Position numbers and translations under genes: made by a program. From contig CAZJUH010000001.1 of NCBI GenBank assembly GCA_964549165.1, forward strand, positions 863 to 64,862: a stretch of 64,000 nt of DNA. Reading direction: 5' to 3'. Within the stretch, counting starts at the first letter, position 1; every line of letters starts with the position of its first letter. The DNA is from an uncultured Gammaproteobacteria bacterium. GTDB taxonomy: Bacteria; Patescibacteriota; Microgenomatia; UBA12405. The notes beneath the pieces were generated by a model, which was not told the origin of the DNA, searched no databases, and saw only the letters and a program-made list of their open reading frames with translations. This document shows positions 38,068 through 47,628 of the stretch, in pieces.

Positions 38068-38982
38068 TTATTTGGCGAGAATTTTTATTGGTTCAATAAT
38101 TTTTCCGGTTAGGTTTATTTCTACCCGGTCAAATTCTAAATTTTCTTTTTCTGTCACTACCAAATATTTCCCATTACTAAGTTGAGTCAAAGTTTTAAAC
38201 TGTCCCAGCTTGTTTGTTTTCAGCACTCGGCTCGGATTGCCATCTTTATCTTGAATTTCAATAATCGCCCCCTCTACTATTTTGTGATTTAGATCGAGAA
38301 CCATTCCTACTACCAGATTGGGCAAATCAGGAATATCTGGCATGGGAATTTCTCCAAATACCACTGTTCCCGTTGCCCCCAGTTTTTCTGTTTTTAATCC
38401 CAAATTAGCCGCCTTCGCCTCTTCCTTTGCCAGGCTGGTATCGACGTCAATCGGTTTTGTACCCTGGTTTACCAGGCTGGTGTCAACTCCTGTTGACATA
38501 ATAGCCTGGCTTTCTTCTTTTACCAGGCCGGTATCGACGTCAGTCGATTTAATAGCCTGGCTCTCTCTCCCGATTGACGGTAAAGAGTTTATAAACTCTT
38601 TGACTTTTTTGTCCTCTTTAATTGGCACCACCATCTCTTCTTCCTCGTCACTTTTTAATTGTTTGCTCAAATCAATTTCCAGCCAGTTTTCCGGACTTTC
38701 TTTTTTATAAGTAAAAATTGTCGGTGAATAAATTGATTTAATAAAAGCCATCAGCCAGGTTTCTAGTGGTCGATCTTGAAAGGGGACAAAGGCGAGGGCG
38801 AGACCTCCAGCCGCAAAGATAAAAATTAACGGCCATTTAATAAAAAAAACGAGCTTACTTGAATTAATTAACAGGGCAATAATCACTCCCCCGGCTGCTT
38901 TCCCAAATTGTTTTAGGGTCATATCTCCCACGAGTTTAAATTCGTAGGAGGTTATTTGTTGTGGAATCGGGTGTTGTTCCAT
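38068..38982 (-). CDS. Membrane protein with N-terminal TM hairpin (VirB3-like topology), three tandem repeat-element-encoded peptide copies, C-terminal beta-sandwich-like domain
   Basis: 304 aa. Two TM helices near the N-terminus. Three copies of ...SQAI(K/M)ST(D/G)VDT(G/S)LV... are each encoded by a 40-bp palindromic element (38429-38561). Confidence 0.45.
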   Translation of the reverse strand: MEQHPIPQQITSYEFKLVGDMTLKQFGKAAGGVIIALLINSSKLVFFIKWPLIFIFAAGGLALAFVPFQDRPLETWLMAFIKSIYSPTIFTYKKESPENWLEIDLSKQLKSDEEEEMVVPIKEDKKVKEFINSLPSIGRESQAIKSTDVDTGLVKEESQAIMSTGVDTSLVNQGTKPIDVDTSLAKEEAKAANLGLKTEKLGATGTVVFGEIPMPDIPDLPNLVVGMVLDLNHKIVEGAIIEIQDKDGNPSRVLKTNKLGQFKTLTQLSNGKYLVVTEKENLEFDRVEINLTGKIIEPIKILAK

Positions 38983-39030
38983 TACTAAATTCTACCTTAA
39001 AAACTCTTCCAATTCTTTAATTATTATCGA

Positions 39031-39390
39031 TTATATCAATTCCAACCCTTTAATCCTCTCAAAATGTTTTTTGTTTAAAGTCCATAAAACCATTTTGTTT
39101 TCAAGCGCGCTACAAGCAATCAAAAGATCATTATCGGCAATTGGATTATTTTTTAATTTAACCTTAAGTTTCGCATAAAACTTACTTGTTACCATATTTA
39201 TATCAACAACAAAAATATTTTTGCTTTCCAAAAAAATATCAAATTCCTCTAATTTCTTTCCCATATTTTCCAATCCATATGCTAATTCTCCATAAACAAT
39301 TGGATTAATAAAATATTCCATTTCAGAATCTAACCCTATTCTTTTTCTTATTATTTCAATCAATACACAAGAATCAAGCAGTATCTTCAT
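39031..39390 (-). CDS. vapC: PIN-domain ribonuclease toxin VapC
   Basis: 119 aa. PIN acidic residues (ILLDSCVLIE...D...DLLIA...). Overlaps the upstream antitoxin gene by 1 nt. Confidence 0.65.
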   Translation of the reverse strand: MKILLDSCVLIEIIRKRIGLDSEMEYFINPIVYGELAYGLENMGKKLEEFDIFLESKNIFVVDINMVTSKFYAKLKVKLKNNPIADNDLLIACSALENKMVLWTLNKKHFERIKGLELI

Positions 39391-39614
39391 TAGAAATTAA
39401 ATTTAAACGAATCTCTAAATTCCTTCATTCCTTTTTCCAACTTCTCGAATTCGCTAGCCGATAAATTCATTTCAAAATCATTGTAAATTGGAGTTACATA
39501 AACTGCCGGTCTTCCAGCTCTTTTTACTAATATTTTCTTTTTGGTAGAGATTACTCTGTTAATCATTTCTCCAAAATTATTTTTAGCATAAGTTGCTGTT
39601 ACTGTTGTCATCAT
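39390..39614 (-). CDS. Phd/YefM-type antitoxin (VapB partner)
   Basis: 74 aa. The N-terminus (VTATYAKNNFGEMINRV) is typical of Phd/YefM antitoxins. Operon partner of the PIN toxin. Confidence 0.6.
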   Translation of the reverse strand: MMTTVTATYAKNNFGEMINRVISTKKKILVKRAGRPAVYVTPIYNDFEMNLSASEFEKLEKGMKEFRDSFKFNF

Positions 39615-39746
39615 TAGCTATTTTAGCTAAATTAGCCATTTTTGTCAATATAAAAACAATTTAATCCCATTAAACCCCTTGGTCATATATAATCCTCTTA
39701 TATTCATTTTTCTAGAATCTCGAATCTAGAATCTAATCTCTATCCT

Positions 39747-40673
39747 ATGCATTTAGTTATCATCGATGGTCATGCCATTGCCCACCGAGCCTATCATTCC
39801 ATTCCTCCTCTCACTCTCAATGGTCAACCGGTCAATGCTCTCTATGGTTTTTATTCCATGATTTTGTCCTCAATTGATCAGTTAAAACCTGACTATTTAT
39901 TGGTCTGTCTCGATTCCCCAGGCCCTACTTTTCGTAACGAAGAATTTCTTGGTTATCGCGCCAAGCGTCAGCCAGCCGATCGTGATCTAATTTCTCAACT
40001 ACCGCTTTTGTCGGAAACTTTAGACAAAACTGGTATTCCAAATATTTCCATGGGTGGTTTTGAAGCCGATGATTTAATTGGAACTCTCACTAAAAAAGCC
40101 CAAAAGAAAAAATTTATTAATCAAATTACTATCATTACCGGTGATAAAGATTTAATGCAGTTAGTCAACAAAAAAGTCTCCCTTTTTGTTCCAGTTCGTG
40201 GCCTTTCCGAAACCAAAACCTATCACTCCGACGAAGTCAAAGAAAAATTAGGGGTTACCCCCGCTCAAGTTATCGACTTAAAAGCCCTGATGGGGGATAT
40301 GTCCGATTCTTATCCTGGTGTCACTGGTATTGGCCCCAAAACTGCCATCGATCTTCTGGAAAAATATCAAGACTTGGACAATATTTATGCCCACCTTGAT
40401 GAAATCGGCGACAATGTCAGAGAAAAATTAATTAAAGATAAAGATAATGCCTATATGTCGCAAAAATTAGCCACCATTATTTGTAACATTCCTCTAAAAT
40501 TTAAATTTAAAAAAGCTCGTTTGAACAATGATAAATTTCTCGGTCTCCTCTCACTTTTTGAAGAATATAATTTCAAATCCCTTTCAGCTCGTCTTAAAAG
40601 AAAATTAAACTATTCCACCGAAATTAAAGTTTCAAAACCAAAAGTTGATTCAAACCAAACATCTCTTTTCTAA
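39747..40673 (+). CDS. 5'-3' exonuclease (Pol I N-terminal domain-like / flap endonuclease)
   Basis: 308 aa. N-terminus MHLVIIDGHAIAHRAYHSIP...NALYGF, plus the helix-3-turn-helix 53EXO C-region. Confidence 0.8.
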   Translation: MHLVIIDGHAIAHRAYHSIPPLTLNGQPVNALYGFYSMILSSIDQLKPDYLLVCLDSPGPTFRNEEFLGYRAKRQPADRDLISQLPLLSETLDKTGIPNISMGGFEADDLIGTLTKKAQKKKFINQITIITGDKDLMQLVNKKVSLFVPVRGLSETKTYHSDEVKEKLGVTPAQVIDLKALMGDMSDSYPGVTGIGPKTAIDLLEKYQDLDNIYAHLDEIGDNVREKLIKDKDNAYMSQKLATIICNIPLKFKFKKARLNNDKFLGLLSLFEEYNFKSLSARLKRKLNYSTEIKVSKPKVDSNQTSLF

Positions 40674-40675
40674 GC

Positions 40676-40722
40676 CTCCTTTCCTCAAAGGAGGTGGCCC
40701 GCAAGGCCGGTGGGTTTAATTT
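40676..40722 (+). terminator. Tandem-hairpin rho-independent terminator (also a copy of the GC-rich hairpin repeat family)
   Basis: CCTCCTTTcctcAAAGGAGG, then GGCCcgcaaGGCC, then a T-rich tail. Confidence 0.5.
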
Positions 40723-40735
40723 GTTATCATAACTC

Positions 40736-41830
40736 ATGCGCATTGCTCTTGTTCACGATTTTATTAGTGAATTTGGTGGTGCCGAACGGGTTCTTCTCGC
40801 TCTTTCCGAGGCTTATCCAGAGGCTCCAATTTATACTGCTTTTTGTAAACGGGGTTCTCCGGCTTGGGAACGTTTTAAAAATAAAGATCTCCGACCCTCT
40901 TGGGCGCAATATATTCCTTTTTTTAATCGTCTCTACAGCCCTCTCCGTTTTTTAACCCCCCTAATTTGGGGAAGTTTTAATTTCAAAGATTATGATGTTA
41001 TTTTAAGTTCCTCTTCTTGGTTTATTACCAAAGGTTTTCGTAAAGGTCCGAATACTAAAGAAATTTGTTATTGTCACACCCCTCCCCGTTGGCTTTATGG
41101 TTTTAAAACTTCAGTTGAATTACAACGTTACTGGATAGTTAGACTTTATGCCCATGTAGTGGGACATTTCATGCGTCTCTATGATTTTTCCGCCGCTCAA
41201 AAAGTTACCCAATTTATTGCTAATTCTAAAAATGTTGCCGACCGTATTCAAAAATATTATCGTCGCGATTCAATAGTCATTTATCCTCCAGTCTCCTTAC
41301 CTCATGTCGATAATCTTCCTCAAAAACAAGATTATTATTTGATCATTACCCGTATTGTTGGTGCCAAAGGACTCGATCTTGCTGTCCACGCTGCTATGGA
41401 ATTGGGAATTCATTTAAAAATCGCCGGAAAAGCTACTGGTCTTTACACTGAATATAAAAATCTCCAAGAAATTAGTAAAAAAAATGTCGAATTTTTAGGT
41501 TATGTTTCTGATGAAGAGTTAGTTCGTCTCTATGCTGGTGCCAAAGCTTTTTTAGTTCTTTCCATCGACGAGGATTTTGGTATTACTCCGGTTGAGTCAA
41601 TGCTTATGGGAACTCCAGTCATTGCCTACCACGGCGGGGGATATTTAGAAACTGTTATTGAGGGTAAAACAGGTATTTTCTTTAATGAACCAACAGTAGA
41701 TTCTTTAAAAACTGCTATCAAAAAATTTGAAACCATGAAATTTGATCCCCAAAACTGTATCGCTCAAGCCCAAAATTTTTCCAAAGAAAAATTTATTGAG
41801 AAAATCAAAAAACTAGTTTTTTCTTTTTAG
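40736..41830 (+). CDS. Glycosyltransferase family 4 (GT-B, group 1)
   Basis: 364 aa. The C-terminal EX7E-type region (EDFGITPVESMLMGTPVIAYHGGGYLETVIEGKTGIFF) is characteristic of GT4. Confidence 0.8.
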   Translation: MRIALVHDFISEFGGAERVLLALSEAYPEAPIYTAFCKRGSPAWERFKNKDLRPSWAQYIPFFNRLYSPLRFLTPLIWGSFNFKDYDVILSSSSWFITKGFRKGPNTKEICYCHTPPRWLYGFKTSVELQRYWIVRLYAHVVGHFMRLYDFSAAQKVTQFIANSKNVADRIQKYYRRDSIVIYPPVSLPHVDNLPQKQDYYLIITRIVGAKGLDLAVHAAMELGIHLKIAGKATGLYTEYKNLQEISKKNVEFLGYVSDEELVRLYAGAKAFLVLSIDEDFGITPVESMLMGTPVIAYHGGGYLETVIEGKTGIFFNEPTVDSLKTAIKKFETMKFDPQNCIAQAQNFSKEKFIEKIKKLVFSF

Positions 41831-42238
41831 TTTTTCCCATACCATTTCCATATTTTTATCAAAAGTCATTAGTTCAATTTTGTTTTCCAAACAATATTCA
41901 ATCAATTCAGTGTCAACTACTCCAATCTCAGGATATTTTTCAAACATTTTTATTATTTTTTCATCAACTATAATGGGTATTTCTAAAATTTTGTATTTTT
42001 TAGAATTATAAAGTTCTTTTCTAACGATTTTTTCGCCACTTAAACCTCCTCGATATTTAATCAAAGACAATACTTCCAAAAGTACCAAAGGATGGATCAT
42101 TAATATTGCATCTTCTTTTTTCGCCACTTCAACCATCAGTTTCCGAGCTTTATCATATAATCTGTCACTATTTACAAAAATTGCATATAGAACACTAGTA
42201 TCAACGAGATAATTCTTTTCCATTTCTATCAACCCCAT
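41813..42238 (-). CDS. PIN-domain toxin (VapC-like)
   Basis: 141 aa with a PIN-like acidic residue pattern (YLVDTSVL...). Overlaps the upstream antitoxin gene. Confidence 0.6.
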   Translation of the reverse strand: MGLIEMEKNYLVDTSVLYAIFVNSDRLYDKARKLMVEVAKKEDAILMIHPLVLLEVLSLIKYRGGLSGEKIVRKELYNSKKYKILEIPIIVDEKIIKMFEKYPEIGVVDTELIEYCLENKIELMTFDKNMEMVWEKLKRKN

Positions 42239-42506
42239 AAACTATTCTATCAATTTCATTAACCAATTCTTCTGCATTTTTTGCTTCAGTTTTTAAATTT
42301 ATCTGTCGTCTTACTTTATCCATTGATTCTAAAATATTAGTAGCCATATTTTTTCTATTAATAGTTTTTTCAATAGTGTTAGGCACAAACCATCCCACAA
42401 TCTTTTTCCCTTTAGTTACACCTATTTGCTTCTGTTTCTTTGTTGCCAAATCAATATAGTTAAAAATATCATTTCTAAAATTAGACACCGACACATTATT
42501 CAACAT
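42201..42506 (-). CDS. Phd/YefM-like antitoxin
   Basis: 101 aa with N-terminal SVSNFRNDIFNYIDLA. Overlaps the PIN gene by 38 nt. Confidence 0.5.
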   Translation of the reverse strand: MLNNVSVSNFRNDIFNYIDLATKKQKQIGVTKGKKIVGWFVPNTIEKTINRKNMATNILESMDKVRRQINLKTEAKNAEELVNEIDRIVYGVDRNGKELSR

Positions 42507-42560
42507 AAATATATTTTATGACCAGATGTACATCATGTCAATACCATGTACAGTAGTTTT

Positions 42561-44372
42561 CTAATCCTTATACCCCTTCGCCTGAGCATTAAACATTTTT
42601 GAGTATTTACCATTATTTTTTATCAACTCTTGGTGACTTCCATGTTCCACCACTTTTCCCCCATCGATTACATAAATTTGATTAGCATTTCTCACTGTTG
42701 AAAAACGATGTGATACCAAAACCAAAGTTTTATTTCTATAAATTTTTTGTAAGTTAGCAAATATTTCCATCTCCGCCTCCGCATCAATGGCACTAGTCGG
42801 TTCATCTAAAATTAAAAGGGGAGCTTGTTCATAAAATGCCCGAGCTATGGCCAATTTTTGCCATTGTCCTCCGGATATTTCTTCACCATCATCAAATTCT
42901 CTTCCCAATATTTGATCATATTTATCAGGAAATTTTTCAATAAAACTTGCCGCTCCAGCTTGTGTTGCCGCCAACTTCATTTTTTCTTCATCGTCTAAGT
43001 TGGGGTCGCCCATCACTATATTTTCTTTGACTGTAAAGTGGAATTGGGCAAAACTTTGAAATAACGTTCCCATTAAACTATATAAATCTTTTTTAGAAAT
43101 ATCCTTAACATTAATACCATTAATTAATATTTCCCCCTCATCAACATCGTAAAATCGGCATAAAAGTTTAATTAGAGTTGATTTGCCAGCTCCATTTATT
43201 CCCACCAACGCCACGTTTGTTCCTGCTTCAATTACAATATTAATTTTATTCAATATCATCACTTCTGTTCCTGGGTATTTAAAGTTGACGCCCTTAAACT
43301 CAACCCGAGGCGCTTTCTTAATGTCAATTTTAGTTGTCTCCAGCTTTTCCTTTACCAAGTCTGGCAATTCCATTACCTGTCTAAAATCATTTATATACAA
43401 ATTATTTGCAAACACCTCACCTAAATTTATAGCTGTATTTACGACATTACTTTGTAAATTCAAAACCATATCTATAAATAACACCAAAGATCCTATTGTA
43501 ATTGCTCCCGATGTTACCCCAGAGATTTGTAAATAAACCAAAGTCAAACCAAATAAAACTTCCCAGGAGTTAAGTCCGAACCAAATTATCAAATATTTAT
43601 CTAAGGGTTTTTTAAACATCTCATACAACTCACCTTGAATATTTTTCATTTTATTCATCAAGTATTCAGCTGATTGAAACACCCTTATTTCTTTTAAAAT
43701 ATTTGGTTCCGTAAAAATCCATTCAAAGTACCATAATCTTCTTGCTTTTGGTGCTCCACCTCCATAAATAGACCATTGAATTGTTCCCAATTTTGTCTGT
43801 GACCACAGTCTTGGTAAACAAGCAATTATTACTAAAATCGGCCACCACCATCCAAAAGTGCCCAATACTATTCCTGCTGAAATCAATATCGTTATTGATC
43901 TGGTGGTGTATGAGAGGGTTCTTAGCTCTTCAGTTAGTTTCCAGGTTTTGGTATCTCTTGTTTTGGTAATTAAATTTTGTGCCTTAGGGTCTTCAAAATA
44001 AGCCGCGTCCATTGTTGTCATTTTTTGATTAAAATGGTAGTTAATTGCATTTTGCATTTTCGATCTCAATAAATAGTCCAAATAAGAAGTATTACCTATC
44101 CAATAAATCACTCCTTCAAACCAAATCATGACAAAACGTAAACCAATTAAAAACATTATCATTCCCACAGCATTCGATAAATTTAACTGATTTTTATTTA
44201 AAAAATCGATTAAATATTTTGTTACCACTCCTACACCCACTGGCATTAATGATCCCATCATTGCCGTCAGATAATACGCCGCCACTAATTTTCTATCCGT
44301 ATCCCAGGCCAACTTTAACAGGAATTTTATATTTTTCCCTGCGTTCAATAATATTTGTAACTTTTTATTCAC
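42561..44372 (-). CDS. ABC exporter, fused permease + ATP-binding protein (MsbA/MdlB-like)
   Basis: 603 aa. Six TM helices, then an NBD with Walker A GINGAGKSTL, signature SGGQWQKLAIARA, and Walker B LLILDEPTSAID. Confidence 0.85.
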   Translation of the reverse strand: MNKKLQILLNAGKNIKFLLKLAWDTDRKLVAAYYLTAMMGSLMPVGVGVVTKYLIDFLNKNQLNLSNAVGMIMFLIGLRFVMIWFEGVIYWIGNTSYLDYLLRSKMQNAINYHFNQKMTTMDAAYFEDPKAQNLITKTRDTKTWKLTEELRTLSYTTRSITILISAGIVLGTFGWWWPILVIIACLPRLWSQTKLGTIQWSIYGGGAPKARRLWYFEWIFTEPNILKEIRVFQSAEYLMNKMKNIQGELYEMFKKPLDKYLIIWFGLNSWEVLFGLTLVYLQISGVTSGAITIGSLVLFIDMVLNLQSNVVNTAINLGEVFANNLYINDFRQVMELPDLVKEKLETTKIDIKKAPRVEFKGVNFKYPGTEVMILNKINIVIEAGTNVALVGINGAGKSTLIKLLCRFYDVDEGEILINGINVKDISKKDLYSLMGTLFQSFAQFHFTVKENIVMGDPNLDDEEKMKLAATQAGAASFIEKFPDKYDQILGREFDDGEEISGGQWQKLAIARAFYEQAPLLILDEPTSAIDAEAEMEIFANLQKIYRNKTLVLVSHRFSTVRNANQIYVIDGGKVVEHGSHQELIKNNGKYSKMFNAQAKGYKD

Positions 44373-44500
44373 AATTCAAATTATAAACCAAAACCCAATA
44401 GTTACGTCATTTTACCTGTCCCTACACCTATTACTAATAAACTAATTAAAATTATTTTTTTCATTTTTTTTACTATTTATCTATTAATCTATTCAACTAA

Positions 44501-45463
44501 TTATCTGTTATTAAGCCATCTTTCTACATCAATCGCCGCTTTAGCCCCGGATCCGGCCGCCACAATTGCCTGTCGGTAACTTTCATCCATACAGTCCCCC
44601 GCGGCAAAAATTCCTTCAACTGAAGTCATTGACGGATACTCAATATTTTTACTAACCACTACATATCCATTTTCTTTTAATTCAATTAGATTCTTCGCAA
44701 AACCTGTCGCTGGAATTCTTCCAATTGCCACAAACAACCCATCAATTTCCAGAGTTTTTTCTTCTCCTGTCTTCAAATTTTTTACTCTAATATTTTGTAA
44801 TTTGTCATTAGTAATTGGTAATTGGTAATTGATTTCCGTCACCACTGTATCCCAAATTATTTCTATAGCCTTATTTTCCATCACTCTTTTAGCTTCTATT
44901 GGGCTGGCCCGCAATTCGCACCGACGGTGAAACATATAAACTTTTTTACAAATTTTTGCTAAATAATGAGCTTCTTCACAGGCGACATTACCGCCTCCCA
45001 CCACCGCCACTGTTTTATCTTTAAAAAATAACCCATCGCAGGTGGCACAACCCGAAACTCCTCTGCCAATTAATTCCTTCTCTTTAGGTAAATCCAGCCA
45101 CTTTGCTCCCGCCCCGGTAGCCACAATAACCGCCCTAGTTTTCAATATTTCTCCATTATCCAATTTTATTTCAAATCTAGAATCTTGTTTCTCGTCTCTA
45201 GAATCTATTTTTGTGACATTGCCATATTTAATCTCTACCCCTAAATTTTTTACCTGTTGCTGCATATCCATCATTAATTTCAAACCGCCAACGCCATTGG
45301 GAAAACCGGGATAATTCTCCACTACTGTCGTTACTGTCAATTGTCCACCTGGAATATTACCCGAAATTACCACTGTTTTTAAAAACGCTCTCACATTATA
45401 AATTGCCGCCGTCAGTCCCGCTGGTCCTGAACCAATGATAATCGTATCGTATATCTGTTCCAT
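44501..45463 (-). CDS. trxB: Thioredoxin-disulfide reductase
   Basis: 320 aa. FAD motif GSGPAG, redox CATCDG, NADPH-binding GGGNVA. Contains an in-frame (CAATTAC)3 heptad insertion. The 5' end is duplicated upstream. Confidence 0.9.
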   Translation of the reverse strand: MEQIYDTIIIGSGPAGLTAAIYNVRAFLKTVVISGNIPGGQLTVTTVVENYPGFPNGVGGLKLMMDMQQQVKNLGVEIKYGNVTKIDSRDEKQDSRFEIKLDNGEILKTRAVIVATGAGAKWLDLPKEKELIGRGVSGCATCDGLFFKDKTVAVVGGGNVACEEAHYLAKICKKVYMFHRRCELRASPIEAKRVMENKAIEIIWDTVVTEINYQLPITNDKLQNIRVKNLKTGEEKTLEIDGLFVAIGRIPATGFAKNLIELKENGYVVVSKNIEYPSMTSVEGIFAAGDCMDESYRQAIVAAGSGAKAAIDVERWLNNR

Positions 45464-45711
45464 ATTTATAATTCGATGCTAAATAATAAGGCTGGTTTAC
45501 CCGTCCGAAGCTCAATAGCGAAGGAGGGTCCTGAACCAATGATAATCGTATCGTAAATATTTTTATTTTCGTCCATGTTCCTATTTTACAGTAAAAGTCA
45601 AATATGTTTAAAAACTTATTTCTTCTCTTTAGTTTTTATAATTTAGAATTTTTTGTTTTTTTTATTAGTTACTCATTGATAATTGAAGATTGTCAATTGA
45701 TAATTGAATAG

Positions 45712-46632
45712 ATGTCCCACGAAACTCGCAAAGTTTTTAAATTTGTTTTGAAAATTATTTCCAATCGTACCGGCTTTTTTTTCTGGACCTTTGTTCGTTT
45801 TATTTCCGCCATTCTTCCTTTAATTACTATCTATTTATATTCTTTAGTTATTAAACAATTAGAAACAAATTTATCCTTATCTGCAGTTGTTTTAACCATA
45901 ATTCTTACCTTTATCATTCGAATTATCGATAATTATACCCGTCTTATTTCTATAACCCGTCTCGAGGATGTTATCAGTAATATTGGTTTTGATATTCACA
46001 ATTATTTTTTATCCGATCTGGCTTCTAAAAGTAAGGAAGATCGTCATGCTGCTGTCCAAGCCGTTCGTAATTTTTCCGATGCTAGCAGTGTGACTTTAAA
46101 TTTAATCAAACAACCAGGAATAGACAGTGTTGTTTCTTTTTTATTTATTCCTTTTATTCTACTTTCCCAAGATTTTCCCTCTTTTATTATTACCATTGCC
46201 TACATTGTCATTTATGAGGTTATCGATTTATACACCACTCAACGTTATTTCCAACTTAAGGATATTCAAAATTCTAAAACCGAAGCTTATTATGCCAAAC
46301 TTCAGGATAGTAACGATTTTGATTTGGAACAAACTTCTTATAATCGCCACTTCAATCGTCTCTGCAAATGGGGTTTTACTGAATGGTTTGCTCTCCAAAA
46401 TTCTGCTGTCTTTTTTTATTGTCTAAATTTATTCTATTTGGTTTATCAGGTTTCTACTAATCAAAAAGATATCTCTGATTTAGTTTTAATTATGGGTTAC
46501 GTTACCCAAACTCAAACTTTTCTCAATTCTTTTTCTCAAATCAAAGATTCCCTTACCGACATGAATGTTGGTCTCAAACATTTGGCTAAAAATGAAGCTA
46601 TCTCCGCCATCGATCTAGAAGATTTAATCTAA
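45712..46632 (+). CDS. ABC-exporter transmembrane-domain-like protein lacking a nucleotide-binding domain (possible truncated gene)
   Basis: 306 aa with about 6 TM helices and an ABC-TMD-like N-terminus. The ORF stops where an NBD would begin. Confidence 0.4.
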   Translation: MSHETRKVFKFVLKIISNRTGFFFWTFVRFISAILPLITIYLYSLVIKQLETNLSLSAVVLTIILTFIIRIIDNYTRLISITRLEDVISNIGFDIHNYFLSDLASKSKEDRHAAVQAVRNFSDASSVTLNLIKQPGIDSVVSFLFIPFILLSQDFPSFIITIAYIVIYEVIDLYTTQRYFQLKDIQNSKTEAYYAKLQDSNDFDLEQTSYNRHFNRLCKWGFTEWFALQNSAVFFYCLNLFYLVYQVSTNQKDISDLVLIMGYVTQTQTFLNSFSQIKDSLTDMNVGLKHLAKNEAISAIDLEDLI

Positions 46633-46684
46633 TGTAAAATAGTCTAATTATTATTTTTTTAGTCTTTAGATTTTTTCTTTCTCT

Positions 46685-47611
46685 ATGCCCGAACTCCCCG
46701 AAGTTGAGGTAGTTAAACTCTTTTTGGAACAAAAACTACTTCATAAAACCATTACCGATTTGGAGATTTTAAATAAAAAACCTGCCCGCCATGGTGGGTC
46801 TTTTATTGGCGATCCAAAAAAAGTTATTAATCAAGAAATAGTTAAGTTTTCTCGGATTGGTAAACAACTTTCTATCTACTTATCTAATCAACTAATCCTC
46901 TTAGTTCACCTTAAAATGACTGGCCAGCTAGTTTTCTGTCCCCCTTCATCAAGGGGGATTAAGGGGGTTTTGCTTGGTCATCCCACTAAAAATGCTTTAG
47001 ATAAATTACCCAACAAATCCACTCGTCTGATTTTCCATTTTAGCCCCCCTTCATCCCTGTCCGCCTTTGGTGGAAAGGGGGATACGGGGGTTTTGTATTT
47101 TAACGATCAGCGTAAATTTGGTTGGATAAAATTATTGTCCCCAGAAGAACTAATTGAATCTCAAAAAAATCTTGGTCTCGACATTTTTGACCCCCAATTT
47201 TCTCCAAAATATATTTTTAACCAGCTTCAAAAATCCCATCGTCCGGTCAAAATTGTGCTTTTAGACCAAAATTTCTTTGCTGGTATTGGCAATATTTATG
47301 CTAATGATGCCTTATTTTTAGCTGGTATTCATCCCAAAACTCCATCTAATAAAATTACCTTAAAACAGGCTAAATTAATCCATAAATTTTTAATTGACAT
47401 TATGAAACAGTCGGTCTTAGCCGGTGGTTCCACCGCTCGTGACAATAAATATGTCCGGCCTGACGGTACCTTTGGTCAAAATCAATTCTTTTTTCGGGTT
47501 TACGAGCGAAAAGGAGAGCCTTGCCTCAAGTGTGGCACCAAGATTGAATATTTTAAACTCGGTGGCCGCGGCACCTTCTTCTGCCCCTACTGTCAATCAT
47601 CTAAAATCTAG
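46685..47611 (+). CDS. mutM: Formamidopyrimidine-DNA glycosylase (Fpg/MutM)
   Basis: 308 aa. N-terminal catalytic MPELPEVE, H2TH, and C-terminal zinc finger CLKCGTKIEYFKLGGRGTFFCPYCQ. Two GC-rich hairpin element insertions lie in the N-domain. Confidence 0.85.
   Translation: MPELPEVEVVKLFLEQKLLHKTITDLEILNKKPARHGGSFIGDPKKVINQEIVKFSRIGKQLSIYLSNQLILLVHLKMTGQLVFCPPSSRGIKGVLLGHPTKNALDKLPNKSTRLIFHFSPPSSLSAFGGKGDTGVLYFNDQRKFGWIKLLSPEELIESQKNLGLDIFDPQFSPKYIFNQLQKSHRPVKIVLLDQNFFAGIGNIYANDALFLAGIHPKTPSNKITLKQAKLIHKFLIDIMKQSVLAGGSTARDNKYVRPDGTFGQNQFFFRVYERKGEPCLKCGTKIEYFKLGGRGTFFCPYCQSSKI
46938..47094. repeat. Two GC-rich hairpin elements inserted in-frame in mutM
   Basis: CCCCCTTCATCAAGGGGGATTAAGGGGG (46938-46972) and CCCCCCTTCATCCCTGTCCGCCTTTGGTGGAAAGGGGGATACGGGGG (47044-47094). 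The second embeds a CCGCCTTTGGTGG hairpin. Confidence 0.75.
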
Positions 47612-47628
47612 TTTCTATTGTCTAATCT

